A stretch of 60,729 nt of DNA, from IMG/VR virus record IMGVR_UViG_3300036760_000452, positions 1 to 60,729 of that record; one strand, given 5' to 3'. The stretch is from a virus (lineage: Duplodnaviria; Caudoviricetes). Under the pieces are notes generated by a model. It worked only from the letters and a program-made list of their open reading frames with translations. It was not told the DNA's origin and searched no databases. Position 1 is the first letter of the stretch. Every line of letters begins with the position of its first letter. Both the position numbers and the translations under genes were made by a program. Below are positions 23,946 through 33,598 of the stretch, one piece after another.

Positions 23946-25226
23946 CTACCTGGATTCTTTCCACGACATCGCCCCGGCAGCGTTCGCCGTGCCGCTCATC
24001 GACGTGATGACGAGGCTGAAGGCCCGCGGATTTGCTCCGGCCATGTCGAGGGTCGCTCTCAGCTTGTTCAAGAGCGATACCTGCGCGATGGCTCCTGCAG
24101 CCACGCCCACACCAGCGACAGCGTAGCCGCTATTCAGCTTGAGACCTCCGGTGATCGCGCCGGCGGCAGCATCACCGTGAACACTGTACTCGACGGCGGT
24201 GTGGGTCCCCGGGTCGATCCAGACAGGGGTGCCAGTGAAGGTCGGAGCGAAGACAATCTCCCACTTCGCATTGTTCGTAGAGACGAGCAGACCGAAGGTC
24301 TGCACCTCGATCGGGACGCGGTTGACCTTCGAGGCCGGCCCGAAGACCGCCTTCGGTCGGATGCTGAGGATCGCTCGCCGTGTCGTCACCGCGATCGTGG
24401 TCGTATCGTTGTCGGCCGACCAGAAGAGCCCAAACTCATCCTGGTCGCCGTCCTCGGTTATGACCGAGGAGCAGCCCTGGCGCAGCGTGTGCGAGACGCC
24501 TTGCGCGGCGAGGTTCGTAATCTCGAAGCGGATCGGCAGGCTCGCGGTCTCCATGTACGGCACGTCGATCACGTTCGCCGCGTTGAACTCGTGGACGTAG
24601 ACGATCGTGGCTCCGATCTTGAAGCCGATTCGCACGCGGCCCTCGCTGAGCCACTGCAGGTCGGTCACGAGGATCTGAGCCTTCGTCAGGTCGAGAGTGA
24701 GTCTGCTCGGGTTCGGGGCCGTCGCCGAGAGCGTGTCCAGGTTCCAGTTCGCTTGCGTCGCCCGCGTGTCGACGGCCACCCCAGTCACGAAGCTCCGGCG
24801 CACGACGGCGACGTCGGTCGTCCCGTTCTGCTCGAGGAAGATGCCGTTGTTCGCGTCGAAGTAGCCGCCGCGGCGACGTAGATCCGCGACCGCGGCACCT
24901 AACGTGAACGTGAGCGGGATGAGATGGCTCTTCCATGGTCGGTAATGGTGGTAATCGCGTGTTTGCCGGATCACGCTGTCCGTGGCGCCCGTGCCGGCGG
25001 TGAGCGTCACGCTCGAGCGATTGGCGTTGTAGGCCACCGAGCTGCCGCCGCCGACGATCGTCTCGTTCCAGAAGAGTTCCGCGAGATCCCACTCGAACGT
25101 CTGGTCGAAGAGCGTGAGCGGGAGGCTCACGCGCCAGCGCCCGGAGGCGTCGACGCTTGGCGAATCGGAAGCCAGGATCGAAAGGGGATCCGGCGGGTAG
25201 TAGGGCCCGCCCGGGACGTGGATCAT
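23946..25226 (-). CDS. Virion structural protein (lectin/jelly-roll-like)
   Basis: DASGRWRVS.P.TLFD..RQT..YHHY..KS..GYFD.NNGIF..DLQWL..GRVR pattern of a recurrent phage family. Confidence 0.7.
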   Translation of the reverse strand: MIHVPGGPYYPPDPLSILASDSPSVDASGRWRVSLPLTLFDQTFEWDLAELFWNETIVGGGSSVAYNANRSSVTLTAGTGATDSVIRQTRDYHHYRPWKSHLIPLTFTLGAAVADLRRRGGYFDANNGIFLEQNGTTDVAVVRRSFVTGVAVDTRATQANWNLDTLSATAPNPSRLTLDLTKAQILVTDLQWLSEGRVRIGFKIGATIVYVHEFNAANVIDVPYMETASLPIRFEITNLAAQGVSHTLRQGCSSVITEDGDQDEFGLFWSADNDTTTIAVTTRRAILSIRPKAVFGPASKVNRVPIEVQTFGLLVSTNNAKWEIVFAPTFTGTPVWIDPGTHTAVEYSVHGDAAAGAITGGLKLNSGYAVAGVGVAAGAIAQVSLLNKLRATLDMAGANPRAFSLVITSMSGTANAAGAMSWKESR

Positions 25227-25232
25227 CGCCGC

Positions 25233-25586
25233 TTACTCGATCCTGTTCACGAAGCCGCTGAGGTTGAGCGCGCTCGCGACGTCGGAGAAGGCGCGCACCA
25301 CGACGCTGCCGTTGAGCGGGAGCCCCGTCACTACCGGGAACGGCGGGCTGTTCGGCGGGATGCTGTACTGCTTCGTCATGTGGTCGGTCGGATCGCCTAC
25401 GCCGCCCCATTCGAGCGTCAGGCGCGCCGCCGCCGCCGTGACGTTAGACACGAAGAGATACACCTCGTCGAAGCCGAGGGTGGCAGCGATCGCCGTGTGG
25501 ACGAGCGTGCCGGGTGTAGCCGTTGCGACAACGGGGATCATCCGGCCGTTTGCGCTGCCCGACAACAGTCGTTTCGTCACGGCCAT
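25233..25586 (-). CDS. Conserved small virion protein
   Basis: LSGSANGRMI.V.ATATPGTLVHTA..DEVYL..GFVNRI. Confidence 0.7.
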   Translation of the reverse strand: MAVTKRLLSGSANGRMIPVVATATPGTLVHTAIAATLGFDEVYLFVSNVTAAAARLTLEWGGVGDPTDHMTKQYSIPPNSPPFPVVTGLPLNGSVVVRAFSDVASALNLSGFVNRIE

Positions 25587-25595
25587 GAAGACCTC

Positions 25596-26006
25596 CTACG
25601 GGCCAAATATCTGGCCTGCGAGAATGACGTGCACGTCACCGAGCAGGCCGACTACCTGGTCGCTGCGGGTCGGGCTGCTACGGGCAAACGTCTGGCCAGA
25701 GAGGATCACTCCCCCGTCTCCTGGCAACCCCAGGACATCGGCTGGCTTGTGCGTGTGCGGCGTCGGCATGCGTGGCGACAGCGCGTCCTCCGTGGCCGTG
25801 ATCGTATCCTCGATCTCCGTCAGTGTCTCTTGCGTGATGTCGGTCGAGTCACGGAGCGACTCGAGATAACGCTGCAGCTCGAACATCGCGTCGTCCCACG
25901 CCTTGCGGATCGCCTCGCCATGTTCAGGCGAGAGGCCTGGGATGTCCTGGAGCCGCAGTCGGCCGACGAGGCGCGGAACGGCGAGGACGTGGCTGCGCGC
26001 AGGCAT
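25596..26006 (-). CDS. Hypothetical tail-associated protein
   Basis: HTH.PADV.GL repeat-like motif of fibre proteins. Confidence 0.55.
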   Translation of the reverse strand: MPARSHVLAVPRLVGRLRLQDIPGLSPEHGEAIRKAWDDAMFELQRYLESLRDSTDITQETLTEIEDTITATEDALSPRMPTPHTHKPADVLGLPGDGGVILSGQTFARSSPTRSDQVVGLLGDVHVILAGQIFGP

Positions 26007-29000
26007 CAGCTACGCTCCATCGCACGGCGCGCCACGACGGGGGCGACGCGCTCGCTCGCTGCGTCGCGAGCGTCGCGGTAGAGGTCCTTCAGCATCTTCT
26101 CCTGGCGTAGCGGGTCGAGTCGCTTGAAGCGCGGGTCGGAAGCGAGCCGGCGCGCGCGCTCCGTGGCGACCCTCATGAACCTGGCGTAGACCTCGCGCTC
26201 CTTCTGGTGGAGCTCGCCTTTGCGCCCGCCGGATCCGGGGATGGTGATCGTCTTCGGGGGCCGCGCCGGGAAGTACCCGACGTCGAGCATGAGCCGCTCG
26301 AGGTCTGCCTCCTTCCCGGCTTCGTGCCGGTAGCGCACCGGCGAGACGAAGCGCGAGAGCGCAGACTCCTCGCGCTTGAGCGGCTCGCCCGTCCCCTCGA
26401 GCTTCGCTGGCAGCAGCCGGGACACGCCGGGGATCCTGCTCGCGATCGTCGGCAGGATCAGGCGCGCGGCGCCAGGCATGTCCTCGTCGCCGCCCGTCTC
26501 CCGCACGTACGGGTCGGTGGCGCGCGCCGCCGCGGCGACGAGGTTCGGCACGGCGAGTGCGCCGGCGAACTTCTTCACGTACGTGCTGCCGAAGCGCTCC
26601 GGATCGTGGACCGCCTCGATCATGCCTGAGATCCCTTCGAGGTAGCTCTTCGACATGATGTTGTTCGTGGCGGTGGCCACGAGCTTGTCCGCGACGTCGC
26701 CAGCCTTCTTCGCGTTCTTCGTCTCGGAGAGGTCGGCCGCGAGACCCAGCACCGTGGCGAGCGGCTCGAGGCGCGCCATCGACACCCACGTGTCTCCGAT
26801 GCGCACGGAGTACGGCTCCTTGCCCGTCTTCTTCCAGGCCGCGAGTTCCTTCGGGTCGGTGGGCCCGGAGCCGGTGAGCACGCCCGCCTCGGCCATGCCG
26901 TAGAGCCCGGCCGAGATCATGGTCCCCCAGATCCCCTTCGCGAGCTCGTCGGCAGACCGGCCGCCCTTGATCTCTCCCTTCGCCGTCCGGCTGATCGCTC
27001 GCGCCAGGCCGAACGGGGTGCGCGCGAGCGCCTGCGACAGGATGCGGCTCGGAGTTGAGATGAACGGCACGAAGAGCGTGAGCCACGGGTGCGTCCCGCG
27101 CAGGCGCAGCGCGGCCTGCGTGAAGGCGCCGGGGAGATCCTGGAACGTCGACTCGCGCGCTGCGTCCTCGGCAGCCTTGCCGATGCGGTTGAGGCGGGCG
27201 TTGTAGTACGTCGCCTTCTGCGCATCGGAGAGTGCCTTCTCCCCGTTGATGCTGCGCAGCACGTCGACCTCGCGCCAGGTCTGCAGGTCCTTCAGGAGCG
27301 CGGCCGTGTGCTGCTCCATGTGGCCCTTGAGCTCGGGCCCTTCGAATCCTTTGGCCCGGCCGGTGTTGAAGGCCTCGCGGTAGACCTCGCCGGCGATCTG
27401 GGCCTCGTAGGCGCTCGAACGCGCGGCCATGTCGAGCGAGCGAAGCAGGCGGCTCGGCGTGCGCCACACCTTGCCCAGCGTCCCGCCGAGCGCGGCCGGC
27501 CGGAACTCGCCCTTGAGGCCTGCGCCCTCCGGGTCCCACGGATCCTCGTGCAGCGTGCGGCGGACGATCTCCTTGACCGAGCCCTTCGTGAAGCCGAGGC
27601 CGTGCTTCCAGTTCGCCTTGAACGCCTCGAACGCCTCCTCCGGCAGGCGCTCCGGAGCACGGCCCTCGCTGGCGGCGCGGCCCTTCTCGATGAGCCCGGC
27701 GATGTACCGCTCCGGCGTGCGCATCAGCAGCTCGTGGCCGGCGTTGCCGAGCACGTTCGCCGCCGGCGTCGGGATCGACGAGAGGATGTTGTTGATGAAG
27801 TACTCGTTCACCTTGTCGATGAGCGTCGGCTTCATGACCTGGCGGCCGAGCTCCGTCAGCTTCGCGTGGTCCTTCGCCAGGACCGCCTCGGCGAGCTTGT
27901 CCATGAGCGCTGGGTCGACGGCCTTCTTCATGTTGAACTTCACCGCCTGCTGGTAGAGCCGCTCCTCGGGGCTGAGGGTCTCCGAGAACTTCCGCAGGAT
28001 GGCGAGGGCGCGCGCGGTCTCGGCGCCGGCTGCGGTCGTGTGTGCGGTGATCGAGCCCCAGCGCGCGGCGGCGGCGAGCATCTCCTCTTCGGCCGCGGCC
28101 AACTCCTCCGGCTTCGCCGTCTCGGACTGCTTCAGAGCGTCTGCCACCTTGCGCTTCGAGACGAACGACTCCGCCGCCTGCTCTCGCAGAATACGGCCGC
28201 CTTCCATCTCCGCATCGGTGACGACCCCGCGCTCCTTGACCAAGCGCTCGAAGGTGGCCTTGTCGAGGCCGGCGGAGACGGCCTGCTTCCGAGCCTCTTC
28301 CCAACCGCGGTACTCGCGGTTCTTGTTCAGCGTGTCCTTCACCGCCTCGGTCATCCGGTGCTGCGCCTCGCGCATGTCGGCGTCGGTCGTCAGGCGCTCA
28401 ACGTTCACCGGGAAGTTGGTCGCCTTCGGCTTCTCGCCGGGGCGGAGCGGTCCCTCGAAGGCTGCCATGCGCGCGGCGTCCTCGGCGGTCGGAACTGTGA
28501 CTCGCTCCTGCATCCCGAGCGCTGGCTTGCGCGGGCGCGGAGCGGACGGCGCCACGGCGGCAGCGGGTGGTTCAACGCGCGGTGGGGGAGGTGCGGCCGG
28601 ACCGGCATCCGACCTCGGTCCCTCGGCGCTGACCCAGCCCCACAGGTTCCGAAGGCCCTTCCATCCGCTCCCGATCTGGCGACCCATCTCGCTCGCCCAG
28701 CGATCGAAGGTGGTGAACCCCTGGCGCAGCGCACGGGCGCCGAGCACGACGGCGTCGCGGACCACGTGATACGGCGCCAGCAGCAGGTCGAGTGACACGG
28801 CGCCGCGCTCACTGCCTCGCTTCAGAGATCGCCTCGTCGCCTCTGTGCGTGCCTCTGCCATGCGGATCTTGGCCCCGGCCTCGAACGCCTCGAGCTCCGG
28901 CCCGGCGGACGGGACGTCGGCGAGACCCATCTCCCTGGCCGCGGTCTCCCTGAGCGTTTGGATCGCCTCAGCAACTCCTGGATCGACCGGCTCCTTGCTC

Positions 29001-32000
29001 TGCCTGGCTGCCTCGGCCTTTCGCTCGAACGCGTCCCATGCACGGAATGCGTTGCCTTTGTAGGACTCGAGCGCCTGATCGAGCATGCTACGCCCGCGAC
29101 GGTAGCTTGCGTCCCGGTTCGCGATGTCCACCGCCTCGTGCACCTCGAGCTCAAGCGGATTGCCCTTGTCCTTCTTGAGCGCCGCGGCCATCTCCTTCGG
29201 CGAGGCGGCGATGTCCTCGAGCGGAGTGCCGCGCTTCGCCGAGTTGACCCCGTACCAGCCGGCCGCAGCACCGCCCTCGCGGGCCACGTCGAAGCCGACC
29301 TTCCCGGCCTCGTCCAAGATCGGGAACTGCCCGGTCGGCTGGGCACGCTCGGAAGCTGCCGCCTCGTCGACGACGCTCTTCGCCGCGGCGTGCGCCTCCG
29401 CCCGGCGCGCTGGTGTCCAGTCCTCCTGACCCGGCAGGATCGGGTTGCCCTCGGCGTCGCGCGGGGGCTCGGGGACCTTGTTCCACCGCACCCGCCCCTT
29501 GGCATCCTTCGCCGCCTCGATCGCCGCCTCGTGTGCTTCTACGGCCGCGCGCGGCTCAAGGAGTTGGGGCGCCTTCTTCCCCGTCTTGAGCGGCGAGACG
29601 ACGGCGAGCGGCAGGTTGCCGGGGCTCTCGATGGCGCCACGGTAGGCGACGGCCGGGAGCTTTCTGTCGATGAACCACGTGACCGGGCTCTTGCCGGCTG
29701 CACGGACCACGTGTCCGTAGTAGCGCGCGTCAATCGCGGCGTCCGGGACACCCTGCCCCACGAGCCAGACGTAGTCCTGTCCGCCGGCTGTCTCGACGCT
29801 CTGGACGGTGGCCTTCGTGGAGGCTTCCTTCGCCCGGGAAATGAAGCTCTCGAGCGCCTCGGGGCTGATGGGCTCGACGTTCGCTGCCTTCGGCGCCTTG
29901 CCGGCAACGAGCATGTTCCCGTCCGAGTACCACTCCGCCCCGCGCGCCTCGCCAGAGGCGATCTTGTTTCGGGTGCTCTGGAGCTGGCGTGCCGTCAGGC
30001 TCTTCGGCTTGAAACTCTCGATCGACCGCGCGGCCCGCTCGGCGGTAGGCTCCGGCGATGGACCTGCCGGCGCTGGAGCGGTCGGCGCTTCCGCTGGGGC
30101 CGCTACTCGCTCTCCTGCAGGTTCTCCAGAAACTCCGCGTGTATCGCGTCCGCGTACAGGTCCAGGTCCTTCTCCGGATCGGGAAGTGAGCGCGCCGCGG
30201 TAGACGGCTTCGGAGATCCGCCCTTCGGCGCGGGCGGCCTCGAGTTCGGTGCGGAGCTGGTCGGTGAGCTGTTCACGGGTCAAAGATACATCCTCGACCC
30301 CCCTTACGTCCATCGCCTTCGCTTCGCCTTTCGGCCCGCTGTTGTCGGTGACGCGGATCCTGATCCTCGGGTCGCCGGCGTACTCCTCGGCCAGGCGGCG
30401 GATCATCGGACGCGACTTCAGGTGCCCGTCGACGACATCGTCCATCGGAACGATCCGGCCGCGCTTCATGGCGCGCTGGAGCACAGACTTCCACGCCTCG
30501 AGCGGCTCGCGGTAGACGTACTCGACCACCACCTTCCGGCCCGCAGCGAGCGCTTCGTCGATCCGACCCTTGGCGCTCTCGTAGTTCGCAAGAGTCGAGT
30601 CGAGAACCACGTTCGCCTTGCTGAGCAGGCGGTCCATCCTCCGCGAACTCAGACCCGAGGTCTTGCCTGTACCGGATGCCCCGGCGGTGAAGACCACCAC
30701 CGCGCTCTCGCCCTCTGGCACCGGCTCCTTCAGGATCTTGGAGAACACCATCCTGGCGAGCGTCGAGGACGGCTCGTGGACAGCAGCCGAGAGCGCGGCG
30801 CGCGCCTCGTTCGACTTGGCGTAGTCGGGCGAGAGCTCCTTGTAGTCGTCGGCCGAGATGTTCTTCCCGAACCGGCGGCGGGCTTCGGCGATGGCGCGGC
30901 GTGGGCTCTCCTCGATCCAGGACGCGAAGCGCTCCTGGGCATCGCCCTCCAGGCCCTCGAGCGGGGAGCGCTCTACCGTGACTTCAGGCTCGGCGACAGC
31001 CTCGGCTCGCTTCCTGCCCTCGGGGGTAAGCTTGTAGTGCTCCCCCCTTCGACTGTACTGGACGAGGCCTCCCTCCTCCATGAGCCGCAGCGTCCGGATC
31101 GCCTTCTTCTTCTCGACACCACGCTCCCCGAGCATCGTGCTCGTGACGCGGCCTCCGGGCGAATCGTAGGCGGTGCGCAGCGCCTCGCTCTCGAAGTCCT
31201 CGAGTTCCCTCTCTCGGCTCGCGCCAGGAGCCACCTCCCGCTTTCTGGCGGCTCTGGGAATCCGGACGGGAGCCGGCGGAGCGAGCTCGACGAAAGCCGG
31301 TGCCGGCATGGGTACGGGGACCTCGGGCGCGAGCGGTGGCGGGGGAGGGCCTGTGACCGCAGCAGGAGGTATGTCGGCTCGCGCCGCGAGGTCCCTAGTC
31401 GGGCCCTCGACGACCACTGGAGGGGCGGGGCCACCGACGTCCTGGCCGGCCACCCGGTCTCTCGCCGCCTGGATGAGCGCGGCCGTCTTCTCCCCGACCG
31501 ACGCCCCGGGAGGCAGCTCGGGCGTCGCCCCTGCCGGCCCGATGCCGGCTCCGGCCATGGTCGCGGCGCTCTGGGCCACTTCGGCCTGTGGCGCCACGCC
31601 GGGGGCGGGGGGAGGAAGCGCTGGAGGTCCTGGAGCCATGGCGCCCGCAGGAGCCTCTGGAGCGATCGGCTGCGGCGGGATGGGCGGCGGGGGCGCCGCG
31701 GCGGCCTGTGGCGCGCCAGGCGGCAGCGCGGGCGGCATCGTAGGAGCCGGCAGGGACGGCATCGGGTTCTGCCGAAGCTGGGCGTCGAGCGAGCCGACCG
31801 CCGTCCTGAGCTTCGCCCGCTGCAGCGGGTTCTGCTCGTCGGCCAGCATCCGGACAAGGCCGGACCGGATTGCGAGCATGCGGGGGCGGTTCTGTGGCTG
31901 CTGTACCACATCAACCGACACGCCCGGTGTGGCGTACGGCTCGCGGAGCGATGCGGCCGCACCCGGCTGGGACTGCCAGGCGGCTTCCCGCACCCCCTCA

Positions 32001-33115
32001 CGAAGCTTGATGAGCTGGGCGGCAGTGTGGGTGTCGTTCTCGGCGATGGCCAGGCGCAAGCGGTTGTCGATCTCGCCGACGACGGAGGCGTGCGCCCGGA
32101 TGTTGAGTTCCTCCGGCACGCGGGCCACGTTCGCCGGCGACGGTCGGGCGGGTGCCGGGAGTGCTGGACCGGACCCGGGCGGCAGGCGAGGCATGGGCGG
32201 CCTGAGTAGGCGCGCCTCGATCGGCTGGGCCAGCTCGAGCGCACTCGGCTCAGGAGGCGGAGCCTCTGGAGGCACCATGCCGACAGGCCCGCGTCGTGCA
32301 ACCGCCGTCCCACCGCCACGGCCAGCGAACTCTGGGGCCATCTCGAAGCCGCGCTCGCGTGCCGCGCGCTCCGCCATGAGCTCGGGGTGGAGGTAGAATC
32401 CTGTCTCCTCGGGCGGCGCGGTCGCAGAGGGTTCGACAGGTCGTCCACCACCCGCCGTCACGCCCGGCCGTTCGGCCACCCGAACTGGTTCCACCGTGCG
32501 CCGCCCGATGGTCCGCGCGAGCAGCGGCCAGGTGAGCAGGCCTGCGTCAACGCCGACCTTGGCGAGTTCCTCGGCAACGGACGGGGTGAAGCCCTGCGCA
32601 CGGAACTTCTGGTACGCGCCCTTCCCTCCCTCGTACATCCCGTGGGTCATCATGGCCATGAAGCCCGCGTGCATCGCCTTGCCGGCGAGCCCTGGAACCT
32701 TCGCGGACATGAGCGTCATCGCGAGCGGGTCGGTGAGGATCCTGGTGGCGCCCTCGGTCAGGCCGCGGCCAATGGCGCGTGAGTACTTCTCTCCCGAGCT
32801 CATGCCATCCTCGGGTGGCCCGATGAGCCCCTCCTTGGCGAGCACCTCCGAGGGGACCGGGTCGGCCCCGGAGAGCACACGGTCGCGCAAGTACGGGTTC
32901 GAGTAGTAGTTCGTCGCGATGTCCACGCGCTCCTTCGCGGCGCCGAGGACGGAGCCGATCGCGCTGCCGGCTCGAGAGGGTAGCCCCGGCTCTGGCTCTT
33001 TCGGGGGCCGCGCCTTGGGGATCGTGAGCGGACGGCGCTTTCGCTTCGGCAGGAGCTCGGCCGGCTCGTCTGCCGCGATCAGCGCGTCCGCGTATTCCTG
33101 GAAGTTCACAGGCAC
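26006..33115 (-). CDS. Giant internal virion/ejection (polyvalent) protein with wHTH and zeta-toxin-like P-loop domain
   Basis: 2369 aa; C-terminal LTGSGP.D..W...G.EPYSVRIGDTWVS..RLEP..LG.AAD typical of podovirus large internal proteins; FTAGASGTGKT..VLDSTL..RGRIVP..DNSG. Confidence 0.75.
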   Translation of the reverse strand: MPVNFQEYADALIAADEPAELLPKRKRRPLTIPKARPPKEPEPGLPSRAGSAIGSVLGAAKERVDIATNYYSNPYLRDRVLSGADPVPSEVLAKEGLIGPPEDGMSSGEKYSRAIGRGLTEGATRILTDPLAMTLMSAKVPGLAGKAMHAGFMAMMTHGMYEGGKGAYQKFRAQGFTPSVAEELAKVGVDAGLLTWPLLARTIGRRTVEPVRVAERPGVTAGGGRPVEPSATAPPEETGFYLHPELMAERAARERGFEMAPEFAGRGGGTAVARRGPVGMVPPEAPPPEPSALELAQPIEARLLRPPMPRLPPGSGPALPAPARPSPANVARVPEELNIRAHASVVGEIDNRLRLAIAENDTHTAAQLIKLREGVREAAWQSQPGAAASLREPYATPGVSVDVVQQPQNRPRMLAIRSGLVRMLADEQNPLQRAKLRTAVGSLDAQLRQNPMPSLPAPTMPPALPPGAPQAAAAPPPPIPPQPIAPEAPAGAMAPGPPALPPPAPGVAPQAEVAQSAATMAGAGIGPAGATPELPPGASVGEKTAALIQAARDRVAGQDVGGPAPPVVVEGPTRDLAARADIPPAAVTGPPPPPLAPEVPVPMPAPAFVELAPPAPVRIPRAARKREVAPGASRERELEDFESEALRTAYDSPGGRVTSTMLGERGVEKKKAIRTLRLMEEGGLVQYSRRGEHYKLTPEGRKRAEAVAEPEVTVERSPLEGLEGDAQERFASWIEESPRRAIAEARRRFGKNISADDYKELSPDYAKSNEARAALSAAVHEPSSTLARMVFSKILKEPVPEGESAVVVFTAGASGTGKTSGLSSRRMDRLLSKANVVLDSTLANYESAKGRIDEALAAGRKVVVEYVYREPLEAWKSVLQRAMKRGRIVPMDDVVDGHLKSRPMIRRLAEEYAGDPRIRIRVTDNSGPKGEAKAMDVRGVEDVSLTREQLTDQLRTELEAARAEGRISEAVYRGALTSRSGEGPGPVRGRDTRGVSGEPAGERVAAPAEAPTAPAPAGPSPEPTAERAARSIESFKPKSLTARQLQSTRNKIASGEARGAEWYSDGNMLVAGKAPKAANVEPISPEALESFISRAKEASTKATVQSVETAGGQDYVWLVGQGVPDAAIDARYYGHVVRAAGKSPVTWFIDRKLPAVAYRGAIESPGNLPLAVVSPLKTGKKAPQLLEPRAAVEAHEAAIEAAKDAKGRVRWNKVPEPPRDAEGNPILPGQEDWTPARRAEAHAAAKSVVDEAAASERAQPTGQFPILDEAGKVGFDVAREGGAAAGWYGVNSAKRGTPLEDIAASPKEMAAALKKDKGNPLELEVHEAVDIANRDASYRRGRSMLDQALESYKGNAFRAWDAFERKAEAARQSKEPVDPGVAEAIQTLRETAAREMGLADVPSAGPELEAFEAGAKIRMAEARTEATRRSLKRGSERGAVSLDLLLAPYHVVRDAVVLGARALRQGFTTFDRWASEMGRQIGSGWKGLRNLWGWVSAEGPRSDAGPAAPPPPRVEPPAAAVAPSAPRPRKPALGMQERVTVPTAEDAARMAAFEGPLRPGEKPKATNFPVNVERLTTDADMREAQHRMTEAVKDTLNKNREYRGWEEARKQAVSAGLDKATFERLVKERGVVTDAEMEGGRILREQAAESFVSKRKVADALKQSETAKPEELAAAEEEMLAAAARWGSITAHTTAAGAETARALAILRKFSETLSPEERLYQQAVKFNMKKAVDPALMDKLAEAVLAKDHAKLTELGRQVMKPTLIDKVNEYFINNILSSIPTPAANVLGNAGHELLMRTPERYIAGLIEKGRAASEGRAPERLPEEAFEAFKANWKHGLGFTKGSVKEIVRRTLHEDPWDPEGAGLKGEFRPAALGGTLGKVWRTPSRLLRSLDMAARSSAYEAQIAGEVYREAFNTGRAKGFEGPELKGHMEQHTAALLKDLQTWREVDVLRSINGEKALSDAQKATYYNARLNRIGKAAEDAARESTFQDLPGAFTQAALRLRGTHPWLTLFVPFISTPSRILSQALARTPFGLARAISRTAKGEIKGGRSADELAKGIWGTMISAGLYGMAEAGVLTGSGPTDPKELAAWKKTGKEPYSVRIGDTWVSMARLEPLATVLGLAADLSETKNAKKAGDVADKLVATATNNIMSKSYLEGISGMIEAVHDPERFGSTYVKKFAGALAVPNLVAAAARATDPYVRETGGDEDMPGAARLILPTIASRIPGVSRLLPAKLEGTGEPLKREESALSRFVSPVRYRHEAGKEADLERLMLDVGYFPARPPKTITIPGSGGRKGELHQKEREVYARFMRVATERARRLASDPRFKRLDPLRQEKMLKDLYRDARDAASERVAPVVARRAMERS

Positions 33116-33145
33116 TTGCTTAGCCCACGTATGCTGTGCTAGGAT
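33116..33145 (+). promoter_or_regulatory. Promoter TTGCTT-18-TAGGAT (extended -10) with box AGCCCACGTATGCT
   Basis: Followed by GGAGGT RBS of the antisense gene; box at 33122-33135. Confidence 0.6.
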
Positions 33146-33163
33146 GCTGCCCGGAGGTGGTCA

Positions 33164-33598
33164 TTGGCACAACAGCCTACAGCAGTTCGAGAGGTTTCCT
33201 TCCTGCGTCAGGGAGATCAGGTCGTCTGGATCACGACGGAGAACGGGAAGACGACGGTCAGGGCGGAGACGAGCCCGCTTCAGGCTCCACAGCACAGGAG
33301 TAGCGACTTCTTGGCCTACACCAGAGAGCTCATGGACGATCCTGCCCACGAGATGCGCCTCGCAATCCCACGCCGGAAACCGCTCGCTCTGCAGCAGGCC
33401 CCCGTGGTCGAAGCGACGCCGCTCCCCCCGCGCACTACGGTCGTCACTCACGAGGCGCTGCGGCCAGGGAAGGTTCAGAAGATAGTCCAGAGCGGGCCGC
33501 CCTTCGGCTTCGAGGAGCTCGTCGCGTTCCTGCTCGTGGCGGCGTTCGTCATCGGGGGACTGACCGCCTTTCTCCGGCGCACTACTCGGCCGGCGTAG
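33164..33598 (+). CDS. Antisense moron-like tail-anchored membrane protein
   Basis: Own promoter and RBS; C-terminal TM LVAFLLVAAFVIGGLTAFL then RR. Confidence 0.65.
   Translation: MAQQPTAVREVSFLRQGDQVVWITTENGKTTVRAETSPLQAPQHRSSDFLAYTRELMDDPAHEMRLAIPRRKPLALQQAPVVEATPLPPRTTVVTHEALRPGKVQKIVQSGPPFGFEELVAFLLVAAFVIGGLTAFLRRTTRPA

Noticed and set aside
28958-32209. 1083-aa plus-strand ORF and other long antisense ORFs across the late region
   Set aside because: Shadow frames of high-GC coding sequence on the opposite strand; no motifs or RBS
26006-33115. Tape-measure protein or virion RNA polymerase
   Set aside because: No periodic aromatic repeats or tail tube/chaperone genes; no recognisable RNA polymerase catalytic motifs
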